This document shows positions 26,585 through 37,647 of a stretch of DNA of 50,816 nucleotides, piece after piece. Positions within the stretch are counted from its first letter, which is position 1, and every line of letters begins with the position of its first letter. The notes below the pieces were generated by a model. It was not told where the DNA came from. It ran no database searches and saw only the letters and a list, made by a program, of their open reading frames with translations. Source of the DNA: Verrucomicrobiota bacterium. Lineage in GTDB: Bacteria; Verrucomicrobiota; Verrucomicrobiia; Limisphaerales; SXQI01. The stretch covers positions 1-50,816 of the forward strand of contig JANRLX010000118.1 in assembly GCA_033762115.1 (NCBI GenBank), read 5' to 3'. Both the position numbers and the translations under genes were made by a program.

Positions 26585-29383
26585 TCAGGGGTCAAAAGCA
26601 AGTTCTTCGCGAATGCCAAGATCGTCATCCGCAATGGCAATGACAATGCACGGCTCTCCCGGATCGATGACTTTCGCTGTCCAATTTAAATCTTCACCGA
26701 CTTCGGGAGTGACTTCAATGGTTTGTTCCGGATTGGTAACTTCTAAATTATAAAGCTTTAGTTTTATTTTATGCCTGCCATCGCCATGCCCTTTCAATTT
26801 AATGCGATGCTCACCCTTGTTATTTTTTTGATGCTGCAACTCAAACCAAAACGGTTGAAATAGATCAATCACATAGGAACTGCCGGGCAGCAAGGTGATC
26901 TGCCGCTCCCGGTTTCCATGCGCTGCAAGGTACTTTCCAGGAGGAAGCTGGCCTGCGAAGGTCCCCTTTTTCTTTTCAATGTTGATGGTATAACGCAGGT
27001 TGGTATTCAACTCGGTAAACTCCGCCTCGCCACGAATGTTTGGCTCCGCTCGCCCGCTGACCGTTGCGGGTCCTCCTATTTGCGCCTGGATCATCAGCCA
27101 GCGGGAGGATGGATGGACCCATACTTCCTTATAATTATAACAGTTCGCTGCCGGCCAATAAGGCAGGTCCCTATCCCCGCGCGTTTGTATTCCCACCGGC
27201 AACCCTCCAACCATGTTCCCGGACATGGCAGAATACTGTGGGGCAAAATCAAATCCTTCCCCCCACATCGTTGACTGGGCAAACGGATTACGGCCAACCA
27301 CCCATTGCAATTGCCTTTTAACCAGATGAATAAGGCTTAAATCGTTCCGAACCAAAGCCGCAGCCGCGAGACCGCTGGCTTGTGAAAGCAACGTTCCATG
27401 ATTGCCCCTTAACTCAAACCAAACGGGAAAACGGCGCAAGTAATGTCGGTCACTGAGTTGAATTCCTTGCGAAACCTGGGCTTTGAATGAAGCCTGCCCG
27501 GACTCTTCAATATCGTAAATGGAAGCAGTGAGCATTGAGTAAGGTTCGGTGTAGCGACTGGCAGAACGGAGATATTCCGAATAAAGCAGCAGGGAGGAAT
27601 ACCATCTCATGAAATCACTATGCGTCGGAAATTGTGCACACAAGGCAGCCAATGCCACAGCCGGTCCCTGCTCATGTCCGCGGTGGGAGTAATGCAGAAT
27701 TCTTTGCTTGTCCGGGTGTGTGTAGAAAAATCCCCTCAAGGGCACCCGCCATTTTGGAAAGACACGCTGCTGGGACTTGATGATGAAATCCGCATGTTGA
27801 AAAGCGAAATTGGCGTACTCCTGTTCTCCAGTGGTTAAAAATAGTTCTATGGCCGCCAGAATGCCTGCCGCCACCGGCTCGATCTGCCCTGCGCCCAATT
27901 CTTTGCTCGCGATCTCCCAATCTTCCCGCGCTGCCTTGAGGGCCTGCTCTGCAAGTGGGCTATTTCGATTTTTCAAGCTCCTCGCAAGATACGCCTCTGT
28001 TGTGGCCGCAATGAAGAGGTCAAACGGAGCGCTCCCCACTTCACCACTGACGTCATCAGCTGTGCCGATCTCATTGTCTGTCCAGAAATCCATTGTGGCC
28101 CAGGTGACACGGCGTCCATTGGTCAATCGTGTCTTCAAAAGCCATTGCAAGCCCCATTCGGCTTCTGTCCAAAGACGCCGAGCCAAATCCGGGTACTCGG
28201 TTTCGACTTTCTCGGCCAGTTTCCCCATCGCATACGCCGCTTCCGCGCTGTTCACCGAACCTTGGGAGAGGTCTCCTGCATCATGCCATCCACCATTGAT
28301 AATAATTTTTTTCCCGTCGTATGAGGCGTTCCAGTCAGCATGGCAAACCCCATGAACGCCCGGTACCTCAACTCCGCACCGCTCACAGTAGAAAAGGTTC
28401 AATGTCTTGACGATTGAAGCCACCCAAGGGTCATGCTCGATGGTGAACGGCTTTGTAACATGTGTTCCTGCCTTGAGTAGGTATCGGCCTTTCTCCCGAT
28501 ACTCGCTGAAATCCATGACTTGAAATTCTCCCAGATCAGTCCGCGTTGTCTGGATAGGCTTGTTTAAAACGACCTCTCCATGACCCGGCTCGCCCGGTTC
28601 CAGAAGCCGGATCAATTTGAATTCCTTCGCTGTCAAACCGCTAGCCAGGGCGGTTTTCTCCGAACCCACCATATAGCCGGAATGTGAGTAGGCGATCGCA
28701 CCATTTGCCACATTCCATCCTTCAAAATGGTCCGGCTCGACCTGCTGAAGCTCCAATTGATCGATATAAAAACAGACCACATTCGTGGCACCTGGCTCAT
28801 TTCCCTGCAACCGGTAGACGAACTCCACACCAGTCACCTTGTCCCGGGACAAATTGGGAATTTCCCAGACGATATGGTTCCATTGATTGGGTTTGAGCAG
28901 AAAGAAATTCAATCCATCACGTCCATAACCACCGGGAACCTTTTCCGCGCCTTCATTGTGCAGTTGAACGAGCATTGAGATGGTGTGGAATCCCGGCAGA
29001 ACCGGATAAACCCGGAAAGCCAGACGGTTGAATGAACTCCAATCCTCGTTCGGGACCACCCGACGTATCGCCGCTTCACCAAAAGGCCGTCCACTGACTT
29101 TATTTTGTTGCTCCGTTTTGGTTGGGGAAGTCAGCCGAATGGAATGCTTTCCCTGAAACGCTTTCTCGGCAGTGATTGCCATTTCTCCAAAACCGCGATG
29201 CTTCCATGTCTCCACCGATTCCATCTCATCCAGCATGCGGGAGTTCAGGACCGGCTTCTGCAACCAGCGATGGGTGATCGCGTTGGTTTCAGGTGTTGCA
29301 AGAGGAAAGTTGAAATCAAACTCTGCGGCTTCCAGGACACAAAAAAAGCCACAAAGGAATAGGCAATAAAACCTCACGACCAT
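26585..29383 (-). CDS. Secreted glycoside hydrolase family 9 protein
   Basis: Signal peptide; GGWHDAGD catalytic motif; WVVGRNPF; C-terminal YKEVW with the catalytic Glu. Confidence 0.85.
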   Translation of the reverse strand: MVVRFYCLFLCGFFCVLEAAEFDFNFPLATPETNAITHRWLQKPVLNSRMLDEMESVETWKHRGFGEMAITAEKAFQGKHSIRLTSPTKTEQQNKVSGRPFGEAAIRRVVPNEDWSSFNRLAFRVYPVLPGFHTISMLVQLHNEGAEKVPGGYGRDGLNFFLLKPNQWNHIVWEIPNLSRDKVTGVEFVYRLQGNEPGATNVVCFYIDQLELQQVEPDHFEGWNVANGAIAYSHSGYMVGSEKTALASGLTAKEFKLIRLLEPGEPGHGEVVLNKPIQTTRTDLGEFQVMDFSEYREKGRYLLKAGTHVTKPFTIEHDPWVASIVKTLNLFYCERCGVEVPGVHGVCHADWNASYDGKKIIINGGWHDAGDLSQGSVNSAEAAYAMGKLAEKVETEYPDLARRLWTEAEWGLQWLLKTRLTNGRRVTWATMDFWTDNEIGTADDVSGEVGSAPFDLFIAATTEAYLARSLKNRNSPLAEQALKAAREDWEIASKELGAGQIEPVAAGILAAIELFLTTGEQEYANFAFQHADFIIKSQQRVFPKWRVPLRGFFYTHPDKQRILHYSHRGHEQGPAVALAALCAQFPTHSDFMRWYSSLLLYSEYLRSASRYTEPYSMLTASIYDIEESGQASFKAQVSQGIQLSDRHYLRRFPVWFELRGNHGTLLSQASGLAAAALVRNDLSLIHLVKRQLQWVVGRNPFAQSTMWGEGFDFAPQYSAMSGNMVGGLPVGIQTRGDRDLPYWPAANCYNYKEVWVHPSSRWLMIQAQIGGPATVSGRAEPNIRGEAEFTELNTNLRYTINIEKKKGTFAGQLPPGKYLAAHGNRERQITLLPGSSYVIDLFQPFWFELQHQKNNKGEHRIKLKGHGDGRHKIKLKLYNLEVTNPEQTIEVTPEVGEDLNWTAKVIDPGEPCIVIAIADDDLGIREELAFDP

Positions 29384-29392
29384 ATGTCGATT

Positions 29393-29872
29393 TCAGCAGG
29401 AGGTGGGTGTTTCCTGCAATACCTCGACACAATGCGGGATTGCACCAACAACAAAACCGAGGCATTCGACCGCGCCCGACGGTTTTCCAGGCAGGCAGAT
29501 GACCAGCGTGCGATCTACCACCGCTGCCAGGTTCCTGGACAAAATGGCATTTTTTGTGATTTTCATTGATTCCATTCGCATGACCTCACCAAAACCAGGC
29601 AATTCCCGGATTGCAATTTCGCGCACCGCTTCCGGTGTCACATCCCGCAATGCCACTCCGGTTCCACCAGTAGTCAGGATCAACTGGCAACCTTTGGCAA
29701 TCAGGTCCCGCACTGATCGTTGAATGGATTCCTTTTCATCAGGAACCAACGCTTCCCCCATCATTTCCCAACCATATTGGCTGGAGGCAGCTTTGAGCGC
29801 AGGCCCGCCCAGATCATCGTAAAGCCCTTTGGACGCACGGTCTGAAATGGTAATGATTCCGACCTTGATCAT
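29393..29872 (-). CDS. mog: Molybdopterin adenylyltransferase (Mog/MoaB family)
   Basis: ITISDRAS, TTGGTG, RDVTPEA, LPGFGE, LPGKP; AGAGGGAG RBS. Confidence 0.92.
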   Translation of the reverse strand: MIKVGIITISDRASKGLYDDLGGPALKAASSQYGWEMMGEALVPDEKESIQRSVRDLIAKGCQLILTTGGTGVALRDVTPEAVREIAIRELPGFGEVMRMESMKITKNAILSRNLAAVVDRTLVICLPGKPSGAVECLGFVVGAIPHCVEVLQETPTSC

Positions 29873-30327
29873 GGCTCCCTCTTTGTTTTGGAAACAAGGT
29901 GAATGCCATTGATCTCCATCTCCTTGTCCACCGCTTTGCACATATCGTAAATCGTCAATGCCGCAACGGATACGGCAGTCAAGGCTTCCATCTCGACCCC
30001 GGTTTGCGCAGAAATTTTTGCTCGCGCGTGAATATAAATCCTGTCCCTTGCATCGCTCGTTTCAAACTCAACTTCACAGGAGGTAATGGGAAGCGGATGG
30101 CAGAGGGGTATCAGTTCGCCGGTTCGTTTTGCTGCCAGAATCCCGGCCAGTCGCGCAGCGGCAAATACATTTCCCTTGGTAATTTGGTTTTTTTCGATTT
30201 TATCCAGCGTGCTCGTAGCTACCTTGATTTCACCGGCAGCAACCGCTTCCCGGACAAGCACCGGCTTTGCGGAAACATCCACCATGCGCAGTTCCCCGCG
30301 CGCATTCAAATGGGTCAGTTCACTCAT
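29869..30327 (-). CDS. moaC: Cyclic pyranopterin monophosphate synthase
   Basis: LTHL..., MVDVS.K, LIPLCHP, TGVEMEAL, YDMCKAVD. Confidence 0.97.
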   Translation of the reverse strand: MSELTHLNARGELRMVDVSAKPVLVREAVAAGEIKVATSTLDKIEKNQITKGNVFAAARLAGILAAKRTGELIPLCHPLPITSCEVEFETSDARDRIYIHARAKISAQTGVEMEALTAVSVAALTIYDMCKAVDKEMEINGIHLVSKTKREP

Positions 30328-30348
30328 GCAAACCGCTACATTGAGAAG

Positions 30349-31098
30349 TTAGAGGTTGTTTTTCCAGTCATTTATCGCCTGGCGAATGAGCGCACCGGTC
30401 TGGACCTTTGGCTGCACGAAACGGGGGGTAAACCAGGGAAAGGCCCCGACAAGGTCATGCGTGACCAGTATTTGCCCGTCACAATCAGGGCCGGAACCAA
30501 TTCCGATGGTTGGTATGGAAATGGATTCAGTAATGAGTTTGGCCACTTCAGGGATGACAAGTTCCAGGACGATTGCAAAAGCGCCTGCATCCGCCAATGC
30601 CCTGGCATCCTCAACCAAAGCATGTCGCTCCAGTTCGGTTCTCCCTTTTTTCCTGTAGCCACCTTCCTCAAGCACGCTTTGCGGTAACATGCCCAGGTGC
30701 CCACAAAAAGGAATGCCTGCTCCCGTAATTGCCTTGACCTGTGAAATAATGCTTCGGCCACCTTCCGCTTTCACAGCGTCCGCTCCCGCTGCAATCAACA
30801 ACCGCGCATTTTCCAGGGCCTGCCCCGCATTCTCATAGGATTTGTATGGAAGATCGGCGCCGACGAGGGCATTTGGTCTCACTCTTGCCACTGCTTCCAC
30901 ATGATGAATCATATGCGCCATGGTCACATGCGTTGTATCTGGATAGCCTAACACCACCATTCCCAACGAATCGCCGACCAGAATAAAAGGGACGCCTGCC
31001 TCATCGATCAGACGCGCCATTGGAAAATCGTAGGCTGTCAAAGCCGGGACCGATCCCCTTCCCTTTCGCGCTCGCAGCTCATCAGCAGTCACTTTCAC
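30349..31098 (-). CDS. panB: 3-methyl-2-oxobutanoate hydroxymethyltransferase
   Basis: LTAYD, LVGDSLGM, AVKAEGG, GHLGMLPQ, IGIGSG, DGQILV. Confidence 0.96.
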   Translation of the reverse strand: MKVTADELRARKGRGSVPALTAYDFPMARLIDEAGVPFILVGDSLGMVVLGYPDTTHVTMAHMIHHVEAVARVRPNALVGADLPYKSYENAGQALENARLLIAAGADAVKAEGGRSIISQVKAITGAGIPFCGHLGMLPQSVLEEGGYRKKGRTELERHALVEDARALADAGAFAIVLELVIPEVAKLITESISIPTIGIGSGPDCDGQILVTHDLVGAFPWFTPRFVQPKVQTGALIRQAINDWKNNL

Positions 31099-31217
31099 AT
31101 GAAAACATCAACAGAGTTGCCTTACGGGAACAAGGGGAAACGTGCAACCAGCCCGACGCTGCCAGGAAGAATGACAGGGACTAATCCCGGTGAATCAGAG
31201 GCATTGCACCTGTTGCA

Positions 31218-32459
31218 TTACTCGTAACGCAACGATTCGATGGGATCCAGATTTGCCGCTTTGTATGCAGGATAAGTTCCAAAAACAACTCCGACGATTG
31301 AACAGATCAGAAGTCCAAGCGCCACCCAGTCAAAGGGAATGATCGGACTGACTTTCAGGAGAACGGCCGCAATATTTCCCGCAAGAACGCCAAGGGCGAC
31401 ACCGATGATTCCACCAATTTCACAAAGCACCACTGCCTCCATGATAAATTGAGTCATGATGTTTCGTTTCTTGGCTCCAATGGCTCTTCTGATACCGATT
31501 TCGCGAGTGCGTTCCGTGACCGATACCAGCATGATATTCATGATCCCCACACCGGCTGCCAGGAGGGCGATTGAACTGACCACCGCCACTCCAACCCGCA
31601 CGGTCAATGTGAAGGATTGAAATTGCTGGATCATGGAATCGTTGGAAAACAATTCGAAATCATCCTCCTTGGCGGGCGGGACTTTACGTACTGTTCTCAG
31701 AATCCCGCGGACCTGTTCCATTAAGTCCTCCATTGAGGAAGCGTCATGGGCCTGCACCAGCAACGTCATGCTCCGCCAACTCCGTCCATACCGATTGAGC
31801 CCCGTGCTGACAGGAATGACCGCGAAGTTATCCTGGTTGCCCCCCAACGCACTTCCGCTCGCTTTCAAAACACCGACAACCGTGTAATTGATCCCGGAAA
31901 ACTTGACCCTTTCCCCAACTGCCGAACTGTAAGGAAAAAGCATCTTTGCCAACGCATTGCCAAGAACACAAACATCCCGCGCGCTTCCCACGTCACTGTC
32001 CGCGAGTGCGCGTCCCACTTCCAATTCCCAATTCTTGGTCGGGAAGCTTCCCGGAGTGCCGCCGAATAACTGGACCCCCGGCGGAGTCTTTGCATATTTG
32101 GACACCAGCTCACCGGTCCAGAATTGACATTCCACGCCAAAATTCCGTGCACCCACAAGACGATCACGCACCTGGAAAGCCTGTTGCAGGGTGATGTTTT
32201 TTCGCCTCCAGAATTTCTCAAAACCCTCCGGTCCCCCAAAATAAACCATCGGCCATTTTGAAACCGCAAACGTATTCGCGCCGAGGGAAGCCAGCTCCGA
32301 TTGGATGTTCTCCTGCAGGACCCGCATCGCGGTCATCACTACGACAATGGAAAACACCCCCACCAACACACCAAGCAGCGTGAGAATGGAACGAAGCTTG
32401 TGCGTTGCCACAGCGGTCAACGCCATGACTGTGCTTTCTTTAAGTTCGCCCCGGTTCAT
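31218..32459 (-). CDS. MacB/FtsX-type ABC transporter permease
   Basis: RSILTLLG, GIMNIMLVSVTERTREIGIRRAIGA, DPIESLRYE. Confidence 0.93.
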   Translation of the reverse strand: MNRGELKESTVMALTAVATHKLRSILTLLGVLVGVFSIVVVMTAMRVLQENIQSELASLGANTFAVSKWPMVYFGGPEGFEKFWRRKNITLQQAFQVRDRLVGARNFGVECQFWTGELVSKYAKTPPGVQLFGGTPGSFPTKNWELEVGRALADSDVGSARDVCVLGNALAKMLFPYSSAVGERVKFSGINYTVVGVLKASGSALGGNQDNFAVIPVSTGLNRYGRSWRSMTLLVQAHDASSMEDLMEQVRGILRTVRKVPPAKEDDFELFSNDSMIQQFQSFTLTVRVGVAVVSSIALLAAGVGIMNIMLVSVTERTREIGIRRAIGAKKRNIMTQFIMEAVVLCEIGGIIGVALGVLAGNIAAVLLKVSPIIPFDWVALGLLICSIVGVVFGTYPAYKAANLDPIESLRYE

Positions 32460-33682
32460 TCGTTTCGCAAAGCATCCACAGGGTTCATTCGGGCTGCGCG
32501 CCAGGCGGGAAAAAACCCGGACAACACACCGGTTACAAGAGACACCAGCAACGCAATCCCGACAATCGAAAGAGACATGCTCGCGGGCAGAAATTTTCGG
32601 ACAACCAAAGTCAAGGGGTAGGCAATCGATAATGCGAGCAAGCCGCCAAACAAGCAGATGACCGCCGCCTCAGTCAGAAATTGAATCAGGATCGTGCGCC
32701 GTTTTGCGCCGATGGCTTTTCGAATGCCAATTTCCCGCGTTCGTTCCGCAACCGAGACAAACATGATATTCATGATGCCAATTCCACCGACAAACAGGGA
32801 AAGCGCGGTAATTCCAATGCCCACGCTGGCGATCGTTCCTCCAACCCGGTTAAAGGTCTCAATCAAGGTTTCCTGCTGGTTGATCGTAAAGTCATCATCC
32901 ACACCTGGTGGGACTCGCCGGATTCGCCGCAACGCGCCACGCACCTCCTCCTTCATTTCCTCCAGTTTCTCCACTGAAACTGCCTTGATATGGATTTCCA
33001 CATCCGGAAAGGAACGAAAGGAAGACATGAATTCCATTAACGGCACGACCACCTGGTTATCCAGGCTTTGTCCGAACAGTGCCCCTTGCTTTTCCAGCAC
33101 TCCCACCACTTCCAAAGAGGCATCACCGACCTTCAACTGTTTTCCAAGCGCGGTTTCGTTAATGAACAGGTTGGTTGCCACATCCCAGCCAATGACACAG
33201 ACCGGCCGGCCGGCAGCGGCTTCTGCTGCGGAAAAGTAACGGCCTTCCGCCACGATGGTGCCGGTCGTGATCGCGAACTGTTCGGTCGTGCCGAGCACAG
33301 TCACGCTGCTGGCACTGCGGTTCTTGTATTTGACGGAGGCGCGCGAATCGGAAAGCGGCGCGACAGCCCGGGCCAGGGACAATTCCTTCTCCAACTGTTT
33401 GACCTGCGCAGGAGTGATCGGCCTGCGTTGGGCCGCTTTCATCCATTCGGCATGGGAATCGATGAACCACCCGAATCGTTGCACATAAATGACATCCGTT
33501 CCCAGGACCGAGATACTTTTTAGAAAAGCCTTGTTCAACCCTTGAATGGCGGTCGCCATCAGGGTCACCGTTACGATCCCAATCACGATCCCCAATGTGG
33601 CCAGCCCGGAGCGAAGTTTGTTGGCGCGCAATGCCGACAAAGAAATTCCCATCGCTTCCCGGATTTCAGTCAAAATTCGCAT
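32456..33682 (-). CDS. MacB/FtsX-type ABC transporter permease
   Basis: RSGLATLGIVIG, GGIGIMNIMFVSVAERTREIG, NPVDALRNE. Confidence 0.93.
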   Translation of the reverse strand: MRILTEIREAMGISLSALRANKLRSGLATLGIVIGIVTVTLMATAIQGLNKAFLKSISVLGTDVIYVQRFGWFIDSHAEWMKAAQRRPITPAQVKQLEKELSLARAVAPLSDSRASVKYKNRSASSVTVLGTTEQFAITTGTIVAEGRYFSAAEAAAGRPVCVIGWDVATNLFINETALGKQLKVGDASLEVVGVLEKQGALFGQSLDNQVVVPLMEFMSSFRSFPDVEIHIKAVSVEKLEEMKEEVRGALRRIRRVPPGVDDDFTINQQETLIETFNRVGGTIASVGIGITALSLFVGGIGIMNIMFVSVAERTREIGIRKAIGAKRRTILIQFLTEAAVICLFGGLLALSIAYPLTLVVRKFLPASMSLSIVGIALLVSLVTGVLSGFFPAWRAARMNPVDALRNE

Positions 33683-34404
33683 TAGGCGGACACGCTGCTG
33701 CTGTGATCCGGAGAGGGTGCCTTGCCCCGGACTTCATCACTGGCGATCAGACCATCTCGAATACGGATGATTCGGCGGGCATGCTGCGCCACTTCCTCCT
33801 CATGCGTAACAACAATGATTGTGTTTCCCTTTCGGGACAGGTCTTCGAACAAAGCTAAAATCTCATCTCCGGTTTTCGAATCAAGGTTACCAGTCGGCTC
33901 ATCCGCCAGCACAATGGAAGGATTATTCACCAGGGCCCTGGCAATGGCGACGCGTTGCCGTTGCCCACCGGACATCTCGTTCGGTTTATGAGTGATTCGC
34001 TCGGCCAAACCCACATTCGTCAATGCCCGCAATGCCTGCTCCCGCCGCTCATCCGATGGAATGGAAGCATATATCAGCGGCAACTCGACATTGTGCAACG
34101 CATTTGAACGAGGCAGGAGGTTGAAACTCTGGAAGACAAACCCGATTTCCTTATTTCGGATTTCAGCAAGTTCGTTGTCATCCATGTCGCTGACATTTGT
34201 GCCATTCAACACAAATTCACCGCTGCTCGCCGTATCCAGGCAACCCAGGATATTCATCAGCGTCGACTTGCCGGAACCCGACGGGCCCATGATCGCCACG
34301 TATTCGCCACGCTCGATCTCAAGAGAAACATCACGCAAGGCATGGATTGTTTCGGACCCCATCTCGTACCGGCGCGAGATATGTTTCAACGAAAGCAGCG
34401 CCAC
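33682..34404 (-). CDS. ABC transporter ATP-binding protein (MacB/LolD type)
   Basis: [31 protein letters not shown]. Confidence 0.96.
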   Translation of the reverse strand: MALLSLKHISRRYEMGSETIHALRDVSLEIERGEYVAIMGPSGSGKSTLMNILGCLDTASSGEFVLNGTNVSDMDDNELAEIRNKEIGFVFQSFNLLPRSNALHNVELPLIYASIPSDERREQALRALTNVGLAERITHKPNEMSGGQRQRVAIARALVNNPSIVLADEPTGNLDSKTGDEILALFEDLSRKGNTIIVVTHEEEVAQHARRIIRIRDGLIASDEVRGKAPSPDHSSSVSA

Positions 34405-34406
34405 GG

Positions 34407-35711
34407 TTATCCTTTCTTCTGCTCTGCGCCAGGAGGCGGCCCTTTTTTAACTTTCTTTCCATCCTCCAGATCCTTGCTGATCGCTTTGTACCCGCCCGAG
34501 ACCACTTCCTTTCCTTCCTCAAGGCCTTCGACAATTTCGATATACTCAGAATCACTGATGCCAGTCTTGACCTTTGCCGCCTTCACGCTCTCTCCCTCAT
34601 GCAAAAAAACAATTTCCTGCGGTTTTTCTTTTTCCTTCTCCTTCATTTGCTTCTCAGCCATCTGTGGAGAGGCATCCCCCTGCCCCGGCCCTCCCGGACC
34701 GGGAACCGGTCCCTTTGGCAGTCGGGTCGTGACACTTTGGATCGGGACAGTCAGCACATTGGTGCGATAGCGCGTTTCGATCTCTGCGGTCACGGACATT
34801 CCGGGACGAAAATTCTCCTTCTCCGTCACCCGGATCTTGACCTCGAACTTCGTGGCTTCCTGGCTGTTATTGTTGCCTCCCATCGCTGTCGCCCCTTTTG
34901 AGGCGTTTGCGATTTCAGTGACCGTCCCCGCGAACTTTCGGTCCTGGAAAGCGTCCACTTCAAGCATCGCCTTTTGGCCAAGGGCGATCAGCACCACATC
35001 AATTTCCCCAATATCGACCCGTGCTTCCATTTCATCGAGATTTGCCACGGTCATGATCTCCGTTCCAGCCATCATCGCGGTGCCAACGACGCGCTCACCC
35101 TTTTGTGATTTCAGTTTTGTCACTGTCCCGTCGATCGGGGATGTGATTGTCGTTTTCGCAAGATCGTCAGTGGAACGGTCCAGCGAAGCTTTGGCCTGGT
35201 CTCCCTGGTGGGTGCTCGTCTCGAAAGACGCTTGCATGACATTGAAATCCGTTTTGGCACGCAAATATTCGCTCTCTGAAACGAGTTCATTCTCATAAAG
35301 CTTTTTGATCCGCTGATATTCGAACTCGGCCTTTTCAAGGTTTGCCTTGGCCAAGGCTTTTCCTGCCTGGGCGGACATGAACTGCGCTTCCGCGGAGGCG
35401 CGTTGGGCCAGGTAATTGTCCGGCTTGATCTTCACCAGCAAATCACCCTTCTTCACCTGCTGCCCTTCTTTCACGGGCAACTCAATGATTTCGCCACTGA
35501 CCTCCGGATTGATCACCACCTGCAGGACCGGTTGGATACGGCCGTTCGCCACCACTGTTTCAATCAGGTTTCTCCTGGATACCTTTTCCGTTTGAATGGT
35601 GATTGGCACCTCCCGTTTGCGCATTGCCATCCAGGTCCCACCCCCTGCGAGCAACAGCACAATGACAGTGATAATGATCGGTTTGGTTTTGCTGCGTTTC
35701 TGTTTGGCCAT
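34407..35711 (-). CDS. Periplasmic adaptor (MacA/HlyD-family membrane fusion protein)
   Basis: N-terminal TM; lipoyl halves ([26 protein letters not shown]); coiled coil; RPGMS. Confidence 0.93.
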   Translation of the reverse strand: MAKQKRSKTKPIIITVIVLLLAGGGTWMAMRKREVPITIQTEKVSRRNLIETVVANGRIQPVLQVVINPEVSGEIIELPVKEGQQVKKGDLLVKIKPDNYLAQRASAEAQFMSAQAGKALAKANLEKAEFEYQRIKKLYENELVSESEYLRAKTDFNVMQASFETSTHQGDQAKASLDRSTDDLAKTTITSPIDGTVTKLKSQKGERVVGTAMMAGTEIMTVANLDEMEARVDIGEIDVVLIALGQKAMLEVDAFQDRKFAGTVTEIANASKGATAMGGNNNSQEATKFEVKIRVTEKENFRPGMSVTAEIETRYRTNVLTVPIQSVTTRLPKGPVPGPGGPGQGDASPQMAEKQMKEKEKEKPQEIVFLHEGESVKAAKVKTGISDSEYIEIVEGLEEGKEVVSGGYKAISKDLEDGKKVKKGPPPGAEQKKG

Positions 35712-35895
35712 GGTTCAAATAATTACCTCGATTGCCTTTGGTTCCGCTGCTCGTTCAAGCGGCACAAAAAAGAGTCACGCCAGCAATCTTATCCGGTATG
35801 ACACAAGGGATACCCCCTTTGTTACGAAAAAAATAGAAGAAAGTGTGCGGATTGAAACTTGCCCCGCCCTAATAACCCGCTAAAGTCGCCCCACT

Positions 35896-36426
35896 ATGAG
35901 GAATTTCTTACGCACTGTTCTTGCCGTTGCCCTTTGCATGGCCGCCGCCAATCTTTCCGCCGAACCGTTGAAAGTCGGAGACACAGCCCCTGATTTCTCC
36001 CTTCAGGGTAGCGACGGGAAAACTTACAAGCTTTCCGATTTCAAGGGAAAAGCCGCAGTGGTGATTGCCTGGTTTCCCAAGGCGTTTACGGGCGGTTGCA
36101 CCGCTGAATGCAAATCCATGAAAGAGCATGGCAAGGCGCTTCGCCATTACAAAGCCGCTTATTTCACCGCTTCCACCGATGACGCCGAAACAAACAGGAA
36201 ATTTGCTGAGTCACTCGCCCTCGATTACCCAATCCTGAGCGATCCAACCAAGGAAACAGCCAAAGCATTTGGAATTCTCAATGACAAGGGAATGGCTGAC
36301 CGCGTCACTTTCTATATCGATAAGCAGGGCAAAATCGCTGCAGTGGACACCTCTGTGAAAACGAGCGAGCACGGCAAGGATATCGCCGATAAGCTCGATG
36401 CCCTCAAAGTTCCTCATAACCATTGA
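35896..36426 (+). CDS. Exported peroxiredoxin (BCP/PrxQ family)
   Basis: Signal peptide; APDF; FPKAFTGGCTAEC (PxxxTxxC); LSDP; RVTFYID. Confidence 0.9.
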   Translation: MRNFLRTVLAVALCMAAANLSAEPLKVGDTAPDFSLQGSDGKTYKLSDFKGKAAVVIAWFPKAFTGGCTAECKSMKEHGKALRHYKAAYFTASTDDAETNRKFAESLALDYPILSDPTKETAKAFGILNDKGMADRVTFYIDKQGKIAAVDTSVKTSEHGKDIADKLDALKVPHNH

Positions 36427-36438
36427 GGACAAATTATC

Positions 36439-37266
36439 ATGTCCATTCCCTCAAAAGTTGAGTCACGACTCCAAGCAGGGTTAAAGCGGTTTCAAGCGAT
36501 CTTGCAGTCTGCAAAGATTCGAGATGTGAACGAATCAGACACTGTAATCATAGTGACTGATATTTTGTCTGAAGTGTTTGGGTTCGACAAATACACTGAC
36601 ATTACCTCAGAATTCTCAATTCGTGGCACCTTTTGCGATTTAGCGATCAAGGCCGAGGGTAAACCTCAAGTACTCATTGAAGTCAAAGCAATTGGCCTTG
36701 AACTCAAAGAGCAGTTCGCAAAGCAGGCAATTGATTACGCCGCAAATCAGGGAACTGAATGGGTTCTGCTCACAAATGGACTTATTTGGCAGGTTTATAA
36801 GGTTGGTTTTACTCAACCGATTAGTCAGGAACTCGTTTTAGAGTTAAATTTGGGATTGCTCAGTCCAAAATCGGAAGATCATCTTCATCAGCTTTATTGC
36901 CTTACAAAGGAAGGACGTGGAAAATGCCTTTTGGAAGATTACCATGAGAAAAAGCAGGCAATGTCCCGCTTTTCAATTGGGCAAATGATTCTCACGGATT
37001 CAGTTTTGGATGTTATTCGGCGTGAACTCAGAAAAATCTCTCCAGGTGTGCGTATTGAAAATGAGAGTATTAAGAACGTTCTTTTACATGAAGTCTTAAA
37101 ACGGGAGGTCTTGGAAGGAGACAAGCCGGAAGAAGCCAGACGAAAAATCCTGCGTTTGCAAAATCGCACTGTTAAGCCCAAATCCTTCACTGCTGAATCT
37201 AGTCTTTCCTCAACCCATAACGAAGGACTGAATTCTGTAAAAGCTGAGCAGCAGATAGGAACCTAA
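36439..37266 (+). CDS. HsdR N-terminal-like PD-(D/E)xK nuclease domain protein
   Basis: NESDT, E...DLAI...LIEVK, QAIDYA, WVLLTNG motifs; AT-richer than its neighbours. Confidence 0.8.
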   Translation: MSIPSKVESRLQAGLKRFQAILQSAKIRDVNESDTVIIVTDILSEVFGFDKYTDITSEFSIRGTFCDLAIKAEGKPQVLIEVKAIGLELKEQFAKQAIDYAANQGTEWVLLTNGLIWQVYKVGFTQPISQELVLELNLGLLSPKSEDHLHQLYCLTKEGRGKCLLEDYHEKKQAMSRFSIGQMILTDSVLDVIRRELRKISPGVRIENESIKNVLLHEVLKREVLEGDKPEEARRKILRLQNRTVKPKSFTAESSLSSTHNEGLNSVKAEQQIGT

Positions 37267-37412
37267 ATTTTTCATTTTGCCGCTGTCTGTGAGACAAGCC
37301 TTGGATCAAAGGCAAATTGCTCTGGATTGCGAATGATAACCCGCGGGAAATCCGGGTGCGCCGGATTGATTAGTCAATTGGTATACCCAGTGGACGACAG
37401 TAAATCGGAAAG

Positions 37413-37488
<76 letters not shown>

Positions 37489-37502
37489 GACCGGGGGCAC
37501 GC

Positions 37503-37531
37503 ATTACACTAACGAAAGCTTTCTTTGGCAA
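37503..37531 (-). promoter_or_regulatory. Sigma70-type promoter of tRNA-Phe
   Basis: TTGCCA-17 nt-TGTAAT followed by a GC-rich discriminator, 14 nt upstream of the tRNA. Confidence 0.7.
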
Positions 37532-37647
37532 GGGGTAATTTGGGATTACCGCGTACATTTTTACTATTACACCGAAGGTCCGCCGTTGTCATGCGGAGGT
37601 GAGTAAATTGAAGGCGTATTCCCGGACGGCAGGAAAAAGAAGACAGA

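Noticed and set aside
29899..30687. 262-aa plus-strand ORF and other long antisense ORFs (9641-10384, 13601-14305, 44926-45558)
   Set aside because: Antisense shadows of well-supported genes, with no recognisable motifs.
31218..35711. MacAB-like exporter with two permeases as a novel system
   Set aside because: Common MFP-ATPase-2xpermease arrangement with canonical motifs.
36085..36115. Possible selenocysteine in the peroxiredoxin active site
   Set aside because: The codon is TGC (Cys); there is no in-frame TGA.
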